Shown: one piece after another, positions 7,367 to 14,203 of the stretch
Numbering within the stretch: position 1 is the stretch's first letter
Layout: the number at the start of each line of letters is the position of its first letter
The notes under the pieces: model-generated
Database searches by the model: none
Seen by the model: the letters and a program-made list of their open reading frames with translations, nothing else
What the model was told of the DNA's origin: nothing
NCBI GenBank assembly: GCA_902774185.1
Contig: CACYHE010000001.1
Location: forward strand, 108,332-140,331
Source of the DNA: an uncultured Bacteroidales bacterium
Lineage (GTDB): Bacteria; Bacteroidota; Bacteroidia; Bacteroidales; Paludibacteraceae
Direction: 5' to 3'
Length of the DNA: 32,000 nucleotides
Program-made: the position numbers and the translations under genes

Positions 7367-8440
7367 TTACTTAGTAATTGATTCAATGTTTCCGGTTCGT
7401 TCGTTAAAGAGAATGACGGGCAGTTGATCGCCGGTAAAGAGTTCTTTGGGCAGCGGTACGTCGATCCCTAACTGGGCGATGGAGATGGTGCGTTGTGCCA
7501 ATTCGTTCTCATTATAACGAACGGTCACGACACCGTTTCCCGGCAGGTTATACACGATCTGCGAGAGGGCAGGAGCCGTTTCTCCTTTTTTCTTCTTCTT
7601 GTCAAGGGGTTCCGGTGCCGGTTTGGCATATTTCTGTGGTTGGAGCGCTACCTGCACGCGAATAGGCAGGGCTTCGAGATTCTCGGCATCGGTGAAACCG
7701 TTCTCAGGAGAGAAGAACCATACATGCTCGGTGCTATCGGGCAGGAAGCTTACTTCTTTATGGATGGTTCGGGTGGTCTTTTTGCCGATGAACAGTTCGG
7801 TCAGTGCCTGTTCCTGTTGGTCCAGTTCTTCCAACACCCGTTTCATCGCTGTGCCATCCGCAGGTGCATGTTCCACTTCGCCGCTCAGCAGGTACATACG
7901 GGTCTCCCGCAGATGGAAGATCTGCTGGGCGATCGCATTGGCTTGCGCCAAAGGAGACGCCGCTTTGAGTACTTCTTCGGGGTACGGCGCGACCTTGATG
8001 GAAGGCTGTTTCTTGCTGCACTCGTCTTTGGACGTATTACCCTTCACCCGTTCACCGTTCATCTTTTCATCCTTGTTCTGCGGCAAGTTATATCCGACCA
8101 GCAGTCCTTTCTCGTTGATGGTCAGAACCATCGGAACCTCGGACTCATGGGTCACCTTGTGCGGACGTGTACGGTCGGCATTGGTACGGGTCAAGACACG
8201 GGCACCGGTGAGGGTGTAGGTCGTCTTTGTCTCCTCAACGGCATTCGTGGCACCGATGAGGTCCGCTGCGAATGCTGCATAGGGACCTGCTTCTTGGTTC
8301 TCTACCTGATACGTGAAGTCAATGACCACTGTTGTCTGCGGTGCATAATACACCATCGCCGACTCATTGGGTGCCAGCACTTGTGCGTGGCTAGTACTGA
8401 TCATTACTGCTCCAAGGAGCACTAAAAAGAATTTTTTCAT
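7367..8440 (-). CDS. Secreted hypothetical protein, DUF4831-like
   Basis: 357-aa ORF with signal peptide MKKFFLVLLGAVMISTSHA/Q. The family assignment is from memory and is less certain than the CDS call. Confidence 0.75.
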   Translation of the reverse strand: MKKFFLVLLGAVMISTSHAQVLAPNESAMVYYAPQTTVVIDFTYQVENQEAGPYAAFAADLIGATNAVEETKTTYTLTGARVLTRTNADRTRPHKVTHESEVPMVLTINEKGLLVGYNLPQNKDEKMNGERVKGNTSKDECSKKQPSIKVAPYPEEVLKAASPLAQANAIAQQIFHLRETRMYLLSGEVEHAPADGTAMKRVLEELDQQEQALTELFIGKKTTRTIHKEVSFLPDSTEHVWFFSPENGFTDAENLEALPIRVQVALQPQKYAKPAPEPLDKKKKKGETAPALSQIVYNLPGNGVVTVRYNENELAQRTISIAQLGIDVPLPKELFTGDQLPVILFNERTGNIESITK

Positions 8441-8453
8441 ATATTTAGCAAAA

Positions 8454-9170
8454 TCAATTATTCCAAATCTTCCAAGCTTCTTTGGCTTGACCTGTTAACA
8501 TCTCTATTCCGTTCTGCGTTCGGACACCTTGTGCTTTGCCTTTACGCAAGAAGAGGGTCTCTTCGGGGTTGTAGATACAATCGTACAACAAATGTTGTGC
8601 CGAAAGGTGTTCGTAGGGTATCGGCGGACAAGTATCGATATCCGGATACATGCCTAATGGCGTACAGTTGACGATGACCGTATGGCGGTTCATGATGTCG
8701 GAATCCAAATCGTCGTACGTCAAGGTTCCTTCTGCAGCATGCCTACTGACAAGGGTAGGGACGATCCCTAACAGCCGTAACGCATAGCACACGGCTTTGG
8801 CGGCACCGCCAGTACCTAACACCAAGGCCTGTCGGTCTTGTTTGTGCAACAATGGTCTTATCGATTCCATGAATCCGATATAGTCGGTGTTGTAACCGGT
8901 TCGTTGATACACCACGTTTACGGCGCCTATCGCTTGTGCCGTCGGGTCGATACGATTCAGGTACGGGATAATCGCCTGTTTATACGGATACGTCACATTA
9001 AACCCGTCCAAATCGGACAAAAGTCTTTCAACTTTCAACTTTAAACTTTCAACTCTCGTTGGGTACAACGAGTACTCCGCCTCTATGCCTTCTGTCGCAA
9101 ATTTCTGATTGAAGAACTGCGCAGAGAACGAGTGTTCCAATGGAAATCCTATGATACCGAAGTGACGCAT
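8454..9170 (-). CDS. aroE: Shikimate dehydrogenase
   Basis: MRHFGIIGFPLEHSFS, GFNVTYPYK, GAVN and the NADP-binding GTGGAAKAV motif. It contains a translated heptamer array at 9025-9054 (RVESLKLKVER). Confidence 0.9.
   Translation of the reverse strand: MRHFGIIGFPLEHSFSAQFFNQKFATEGIEAEYSLYPTRVESLKLKVERLLSDLDGFNVTYPYKQAIIPYLNRIDPTAQAIGAVNVVYQRTGYNTDYIGFMESIRPLLHKQDRQALVLGTGGAAKAVCYALRLLGIVPTLVSRHAAEGTLTYDDLDSDIMNRHTVIVNCTPLGMYPDIDTCPPIPYEHLSAQHLLYDCIYNPEETLFLRKGKAQGVRTQNGIEMLTGQAKEAWKIWNN
9025..9054. repeat. Heptamer array ctttcaa x4, translated inside aroE
   Basis: ctttcaa ctttcaa ctttaaa ctttcaa ct. It is read in frame as RVESLKLKVER. Confidence 0.95.
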
Positions 9171-10030
9171 AATTTTCCTTTCTTAATTCGTGCCTGATGG
9201 GTCTTGGAAGTAAAAACCTTACCCCCTTTACCCTTCTGCAAGGCATCATACATCTTGTCTATTTCCGCAAAATCATAGGCGCGAAGTTCTTCGTAAAGTT
9301 TAGTGATACCCGCTTCGCGTGTTTGCTTGCCCTCTAACAGATCAATATAACCCTGCATGGTTTCTGCCGTCTGCGCCATATGTTCGATTTCTGCCTTGGT
9401 GTACGAACGCAGTTGTTGGCGGATGGCATTGCGGGTGATAGAGGTATCGGTATTGGTACTGTCTTCCACCCATTGCAGCCCTCTTTTGTCCCGCAGATAA
9501 TGTTCAATATAGTCATGCGTGGTACAGAGCAGCGGACGTACGACGGGTACGCTTTCCGGTGCCATCGGGTTCTTACTGACGGGACGCATACCGGCTAATC
9601 CCCGGATACCCGTTCCTCGACGCAGGTTGAGCAAAATCGTCTCTGCTTGATCGTTCTGATGATGGGCGACGCAGATAGCTTGGCAGGCATGCTTGGTTGC
9701 CATCTCATCGAACCAACGGTACCGTAGTTCGCGTGCTGCCACCTCTATACTCACGTGATGCGCCTGTGCGTACGCGTGGGTATCGAAACGGCTGACTTCC
9801 AGGGGAACGTTCAGCTGTGCGCAAAGGTCCCGCACAAAAGCTTCATCCCGGTCACTCTCTGTGCCCCGTAACGCAAAATTACAATGCGCAGCGATACAGG
9901 TGTAACCGGCACGAACCAACACGTCCAACAAGGACACGCTGTCCGCTCCTCCGCTTACTGCCACCAACACCGGTTTATCTTTGCTTAACAACCCGTGTTT
10001 GCGGATATATGTACTTACCCTGCGAAGCAC
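9149..10030 (-). CDS. tilS: tRNA(Ile)-lysidine synthetase, short form
   Basis: PP-loop motif SGGADS in VLVAVSGGADSVSL and a TilS-like N-terminal domain. GTG start at 10028-10030, the first start after an in-frame TAG. It overlaps aroE by 22 nt. At 293 aa it lacks the long C-terminal domain of E. coli-type TilS. Confidence 0.85.
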   Translation of the reverse strand: MLRRVSTYIRKHGLLSKDKPVLVAVSGGADSVSLLDVLVRAGYTCIAAHCNFALRGTESDRDEAFVRDLCAQLNVPLEVSRFDTHAYAQAHHVSIEVAARELRYRWFDEMATKHACQAICVAHHQNDQAETILLNLRRGTGIRGLAGMRPVSKNPMAPESVPVVRPLLCTTHDYIEHYLRDKRGLQWVEDSTNTDTSITRNAIRQQLRSYTKAEIEHMAQTAETMQGYIDLLEGKQTREAGITKLYEELRAYDFAEIDKMYDALQKGKGGKVFTSKTHQARIKKGKLCVTSVS

Positions 10031-10032
10031 CT

Positions 10033-10055
10033 CTAATCCACTAATCCACTAATCC
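10033..10055. repeat. Octamer array ctaatcca x2.9 (sense tggattag)
   Basis: ctaatcca ctaatcca ctaatcc. It lies at the tilS-ettA junction and contains the ettA TAG stop (10041-10043) and its last residues. Confidence 0.9.
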
Positions 10056-11717
10056 TCTGTACTTAACTCGTTTGGGTTCGCAAGCTTCTTCACCTAAGCG
10101 CATTTTCTTGTTCTCTTCGTATTCCGAGTAACTGCCTTCGAACCAGAACACTTTTCCGTCGCCTTCGTACGCCAAGATATGCGTGCAGATACGGTTGAGG
10201 AACCAACGGTCGTGACTGATCACCACGGCGCAACCGGCGAAATTCTCCAGACCTTCTTCCAATGCACGCAAGGTATTGACGTCGATATCGTTCGTCGGCT
10301 CGTCGAGTAAGAGCACGTTCGCTTCCGATTTGAGCGTTAGCGCTAAATGGAGACGGTTTCGTTCACCACCGGACAGCACACCGCATTTCTTCTCTTGGTC
10401 AGCACCCGTGAAGTTAAAACGACTCAAGTATGCACGGGCGTTGATCTCACGACCTGCCACACGGATGAATTCCGTACCTCCGCTGATGGTCTCGAAGACG
10501 GACTTATTGGGGTCGATATCGGTGTGTTGCTGATCGACGTAACCGATCTTTACGGTCTCGCCTACGCTGAACGTGCCCTTGTCGGCTTTCTCCGAACCGA
10601 TGATCATACGGAAGAGGGTGGTCTTACCGGCGCCGTTCGGACCGATCACACCGACGATACCGTTCGGCGGTAACATGAAATTGAGGTCCTCGAACAACAG
10701 ACGGTCACCAAAGGACTTGGCAACGCCCTCTGCATTGATGACCTTATTACCCAAACGCGGTCCGTTCGGGATGAAGATCTCCAGTTTCTCTTCCCGTTCC
10801 TTCTGTTCCTCATTCAACATGCGGTCATAGGACTCGAGACGGGCTTTCTGCTTTGCATGACGGGCTTTCGGTGCCATGCGGATCCATTCCAACTCCCGCT
10901 CCAAGGTCTTACGACGTTTGGATGCCTGTTTCTCTTCCATCGCCATGCGGTTCGTCTTCTGCTCCAACCAACTGGAGTAGTTTCCTTTCCAAGGAATACC
11001 TTCACCTCGGTCAAGTTCGAGAATCCAACCGGCTACGTTATCCAGGAAATAACGGTCGTGTGTGATACAGATCACCGTTCCTGCATACTGCTGTAAGTGT
11101 TGCTCCAACCAGTCGATGGACTCAGCGTCCAAGTGGTTCGTAGGCTCGTCGAGAAGCAGTACGTCCGGTTGTTGCAGCAACAGACGACACAAGGCTACAC
11201 GACGACGTTCACCTCCGGAAAGGGTAGTGACATTGGCATCATCGGGCGGACAACGAAGGGCGTCCATCGCTCGGTCGAGTTTCTGGTCGATGTTCCAAGC
11301 ATCGGCTGCATCTAACTTGTCTTGCAGTTCCGCCTGACGCGCCAAGAGTTTGTCAAAATCGGCATCGGGTTCCGCAAAAGCCATGTTGATATCATCGTAC
11401 TCTTTGAGCATGTCCATGATGGGTTGCACACCTTCCTGTACAACCTCCCGAACGGTCTTAGTGGGATCCAGTTTAGGGTCCTGCTCCAAGTAACCGACGG
11501 AGTAACCGGGACTCCATACCACCTCACCCTGGTATTCTTTCTCAATACCGGCGATGATCTTCAACAGGGTTGATTTACCGGCACCGTTCAGACCGATGAT
11601 ACCGATCTTGGCGCCATAGAAAAAACTAAGGTAAATGTTTTTGAGTACCTGTTTCTGGGGACCGAAACTCTTGTTCAAGCCCACCATCGAAAAAATAATC
11701 TTCTTATCGTCTGCCAT
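10041..11717 (-). CDS. ettA: Energy-dependent translational throttle protein EttA (ABC-F ATPase)
   Basis: Two ABC cassettes: GLNGAGKST/LSGGERRR/LLLDEPTNHLD and GPNGAGKTT/LSGGERNR/LLLDEPTNDID. I chose the start at MADDKKIIFSM (ATG 11715-11717). A TTG at 11745-11747 inside the array would add MKVESLKLKE. Confidence 0.92.
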   Translation of the reverse strand: MADDKKIIFSMVGLNKSFGPQKQVLKNIYLSFFYGAKIGIIGLNGAGKSTLLKIIAGIEKEYQGEVVWSPGYSVGYLEQDPKLDPTKTVREVVQEGVQPIMDMLKEYDDINMAFAEPDADFDKLLARQAELQDKLDAADAWNIDQKLDRAMDALRCPPDDANVTTLSGGERRRVALCRLLLQQPDVLLLDEPTNHLDAESIDWLEQHLQQYAGTVICITHDRYFLDNVAGWILELDRGEGIPWKGNYSSWLEQKTNRMAMEEKQASKRRKTLERELEWIRMAPKARHAKQKARLESYDRMLNEEQKEREEKLEIFIPNGPRLGNKVINAEGVAKSFGDRLLFEDLNFMLPPNGIVGVIGPNGAGKTTLFRMIIGSEKADKGTFSVGETVKIGYVDQQHTDIDPNKSVFETISGGTEFIRVAGREINARAYLSRFNFTGADQEKKCGVLSGGERNRLHLALTLKSEANVLLLDEPTNDIDVNTLRALEEGLENFAGCAVVISHDRWFLNRICTHILAYEGDGKVFWFEGSYSEYEENKKMRLGEEACEPKRVKYRGLVD

Positions 11718-11719
11718 TT

Positions 11720-11749
11720 CTTTCAACTTTAAACTTTCAACTTTCAACT
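11720..11749. repeat. Heptamer array ctttcaa x4 (sense ttgaaag), ettA leader and folA 3' end
   Basis: ctttcaa ctttaaa ctttcaa ctttcaa ct. The flanks catttc...ctg are identical to those of array 6380-6409. Confidence 0.95.
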
Positions 11750-12234
11750 GCTTTCACGTATTCAGCAAACGTGAAAGCATAGGGGTTATTTTCGTCTGCA
11801 GAGTGCCGTTCTGCACTGAGTTGTTTCCAAATAGCCGGGTCTATCTCCGGAAAGAAGGTATCGGCGTCCGGCCAGGAATGATGAATATGGGTGATATAGA
11901 GTTTATCCGCAAACTCCATCGCCTGGCGATACACCATGCCGCCTCCAATGACAAAGGCTTCCTCTTCACCATTGATACATTTCACCATTTCATCAATACT
12001 ATATACCGTCTCGGCCCCTTCGAAGGTCTTACCCTTCACGTCCGTCAACACGATATTACGACGGTTGGGTAGGGGATGTTTGGGTAAGGACAGGAACGTC
12101 CGTTCCCCCATCATGACGGTGTGACCGCTTGTGATGGTTTTGAAATGCTTCAAGTCCGCCGGCATGTGACACAACAGGTCACCTTTCTTGCCGATGGCAT
12201 AATTCTCAGCTATTGCTACAATAATACTTATCAT
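11737..12234 (-). CDS. folA: Dihydrofolate reductase
   Basis: MISIIVAIAENYAIG..., MGERTF, a VIGGG-like motif, and 165 aa. Its TGA stop at 11737-11739 lies inside heptamer array 11720-11749. Confidence 0.9.
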   Translation of the reverse strand: MISIIVAIAENYAIGKKGDLLCHMPADLKHFKTITSGHTVMMGERTFLSLPKHPLPNRRNIVLTDVKGKTFEGAETVYSIDEMVKCINGEEEAFVIGGGMVYRQAMEFADKLYITHIHHSWPDADTFFPEIDPAIWKQLSAERHSADENNPYAFTFAEYVKAVES

Positions 12235-12281
12235 GTTTTACTTTTCAATTTGGGTGTTTTAAGAAAAAAACCTAAATGACA

Positions 12282-12402
12282 CTTTTGAATGATTAAGCGT
12301 TTCACGCTTCCCGTGCTTTGCAGCTAAAAAATCCTTGTAAATAAATTTCCAGATATTTTTTATCACCAAATCACGCCTCTATCGAGTTCAATCATTCAAA
12401 AG
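12282..12402. repeat. 121-bp element bounded by a perfect 13-bp inverted repeat (MITE-like, E1)
   Basis: cttttgaatgatt (12282-12294) and aatcattcaaaag (12390-12402) are exact reverse complements. By eye, the interior resembles the reverse complement of element 13169-13291. Confidence 0.5.
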
Positions 12403-12422
12403 ACATATACATAAAAAACAAT

Positions 12423-12689
12423 TTATTTCTTTTTACGTTGAATAAAATAAATTATGGTTGAAATGATAGCAACCGGAGCACCTACAAATATGCCTATGAA
12501 TCCACACGTACATGCGAAATAGACACAGCCACGTATCCATTTCGGGGCAAATCCCAAAGCATCTGAGGAATCATACCCAAGCACGACGCTAGCATAGGTT
12601 CCTATTCCTACGTATAGTAGAATACAAATAACAGTAACTACCCAAGAGGTAATCAATACTCGTTTTGCTATTTGTAGAGACTCGCTCAT
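12423..12689 (-). CDS. Small hypothetical membrane protein (88 aa, 2-3 predicted TM helices, KKK tail)
   Basis: The ORF has hydrophobic segments VLITSWVVTVICILLYVGIG and GFIGIFVGAPVAIISTIIYF. It sits 7 nt downstream of the GxxExxY gene, is visibly AT-rich, and has no family I recognise. Confidence 0.55.
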   Translation of the reverse strand: MSESLQIAKRVLITSWVVTVICILLYVGIGTYASVVLGYDSSDALGFAPKWIRGCVYFACTCGFIGIFVGAPVAIISTIIYFIQRKKK

Positions 12690-12696
12690 AATTGCA

Positions 12697-13140
12697 TCAA
12701 AACATATACATTACGCCATCCTTGGTATCCAAGTAGTAGTGTTCCGCTTGGTCCATGGGAGGGGCAAAGTTCCACAAAATACCGATCTGCTTGCCGGTCA
12801 GGCGCATGTAGTTCCACAGTTGCTGACGATGCTCCGCTACCAGTTTGTCCACCGCCTTGCACTCTATAATGACCTCATCATTAATCAGGAAATCTACGAA
12901 GTGCTTATGCTGTATGGGCTTGCCGTGAAAGACTACCGAGAAGTAGTACTCACGCTGGTAAGGTATCTGTTGCTCGTCCAGTAGAATCTGCAATGCTTCC
13001 TGATACATATACTCATTCAAGAAAGGTCCAAGCTCGCGGTGTACAGCAGCGCACGCACCATTGATGGCGTAGCATTTAGCCTTTAGTTGCTCGCACAACT
13101 CCGGGTGCTTGTCTATCAATCTTTTCAGCGTATATTGCAT
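12697..13140 (-). CDS. GxxExxY family protein (TIGR04256-like, PD-(D/E)XK nuclease-like fold)
   Basis: 147 aa. The HRELGPFLNEYMYQEAL segment followed by ...DFLINDEVIIECKAV... matches my memory of the multi-copy Bacteroidota GxxExxY family. Confidence 0.75.
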   Translation of the reverse strand: MQYTLKRLIDKHPELCEQLKAKCYAINGACAAVHRELGPFLNEYMYQEALQILLDEQQIPYQREYYFSVVFHGKPIQHKHFVDFLINDEVIIECKAVDKLVAEHRQQLWNYMRLTGKQIGILWNFAPPMDQAEHYYLDTKDGVMYMF

Positions 13141-13168
13141 AATCGAAAAATGTTTTTTGTGTTTATGT

Positions 13169-13291
13169 CTGATTATTGATTTTTAATTCGAAGAATTTGG
13201 AAGATTATTTTGATAAAATGATTTGCAAATTTATTTGTGAAAGCAGTTTAGCAAAATAAGATTCGTATTGTCAAATAAAATCAATAATCAG
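13169..13291. repeat. 123-bp element bounded by a perfect 15-bp inverted repeat (MITE-like, E2); carries the likely GxxExxY promoter
   Basis: ctgattattgatttt (13169-13183) and aaaatcaataatcag (13277-13291) are exact reverse complements. The interior holds a minus-strand TTTG-N18-TAAATTTG. Confidence 0.5.
13226..13255 (-). promoter_or_regulatory. Probable promoter of the GxxExxY / small-membrane-protein pair
   Basis: The minus strand reads TTTG (13252-13255), N18, TAAATTTG (13226-13233), about 85 nt upstream of the ATG at 13140. Confidence 0.4.
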
Positions 13292-13353
13292 GGTTTTGTA
13301 TGTTTTTTTCTTAAATTATCAATCAGTGTTTTATATGTTTTTTTCCTTCAAAT
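13281..13353. repeat. Tandem imperfect duplication of about 37 bp just downstream of the thyA stop
   Basis: tcaataatcagggttttgtatgtttttttcttaaatt versus tcaatcagtgttttatatgtttttttccttcaaat. The first copy includes the right inverted-repeat arm of element 13169-13291. Confidence 0.7.
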
Positions 13354-13354
13354 T

Positions 13355-14149
13355 TTAAACGCTTACAACGCCCGCTATATGAGGGTGCGGGTCGTACCCT
13401 TCTAAAGTAAAGTCTTCGTATTGGAACCCGAATAAGTCTTGCACTTCGGGGTTAATAATCATCTTCGGTAACGCTCTGGGTTCACGTGTCAGCTGCAACT
13501 TGACTTGCTCCAAATGGTTGAGGTAGATATGTGCGTCACCAAGCGTGTGTACGAAATCGCCGCATTGGAGACCCGTCACCTGCGCCATCATCTGCAGGAG
13601 TAGGGCATAAGAGGCGATATTAAACGGTACGCCCAAGAAGATATCGGCACTGCGCTGATAGAGTTGCAAACTCAACTTACCGTCCGCCACATAGAACTGA
13701 AACAGACAGTGACACGGTGGCAACGCCATCTTCTCCACCTCGGCTACATTCCAGGCACTAACCAGCAGGCGTCGGCTGTCGGGGTTTTCCTTAATCGTCT
13801 TCACGATATTGGCTATCTGATCGATGGTACCTCCGTTATAGTCCGGCCAAGAGCGCCATTGATGACCATAGACAGGACCAAGTTCACCGTTCTCGTCTGC
13901 CCATTCGTTCCAGATACGGACACCGTGGTCCTGCAGGTACTTGACGTTCGTGTCGCCGTTCAGGAACCACAATAACTCATAGATGATGGACTTGAGGTGC
14001 AGTTTTTTGGTGGTCAAGAGCGGAAAACCGTCTTCCATCTTAAACCGCATTTGATGACCGAACACGGATATCGTTCCCGTTCCTGTCCGGTCTTGTTTGA
14101 CGGTGCCTTCCTCCAGCACCCGCCTGCATAAGTCTAAATACTGTTTCAT
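13355..14149 (-). CDS. thyA: Thymidylate synthase
   Basis: MKQYLDL..., RTGTGT, active-site LPPCH, and 264 aa. Confidence 0.95.
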   Translation of the reverse strand: MKQYLDLCRRVLEEGTVKQDRTGTGTISVFGHQMRFKMEDGFPLLTTKKLHLKSIIYELLWFLNGDTNVKYLQDHGVRIWNEWADENGELGPVYGHQWRSWPDYNGGTIDQIANIVKTIKENPDSRRLLVSAWNVAEVEKMALPPCHCLFQFYVADGKLSLQLYQRSADIFLGVPFNIASYALLLQMMAQVTGLQCGDFVHTLGDAHIYLNHLEQVKLQLTREPRALPKMIINPEVQDLFGFQYEDFTLEGYDPHPHIAGVVSV

Positions 14150-14152
14150 ATA

Positions 14153-14203
14153 TCTGTATTCTGTCAGCGTAGCGGTCTGTGTTTTGTCAGGCCGCAGGCC
14201 GGT
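14153..14203. repeat. Imperfect tandem duplication of about 23-27 bp (2.3 copies) at the thyA / OmpA-family junction
   Basis: tctgtattctgtcag cgtagcgg / tctgtgttttgtcag gccgcaggccgg / tctagtatag. The 15-nt cores differ at 2 positions. Confidence 0.6.

Noticed and set aside
7493-8425. 310-aa and 206-aa plus-strand ORFs
   Set aside because: They are antisense to the DUF4831-like gene, which has a clean signal peptide and a start context. These ORFs have no recognisable domain.
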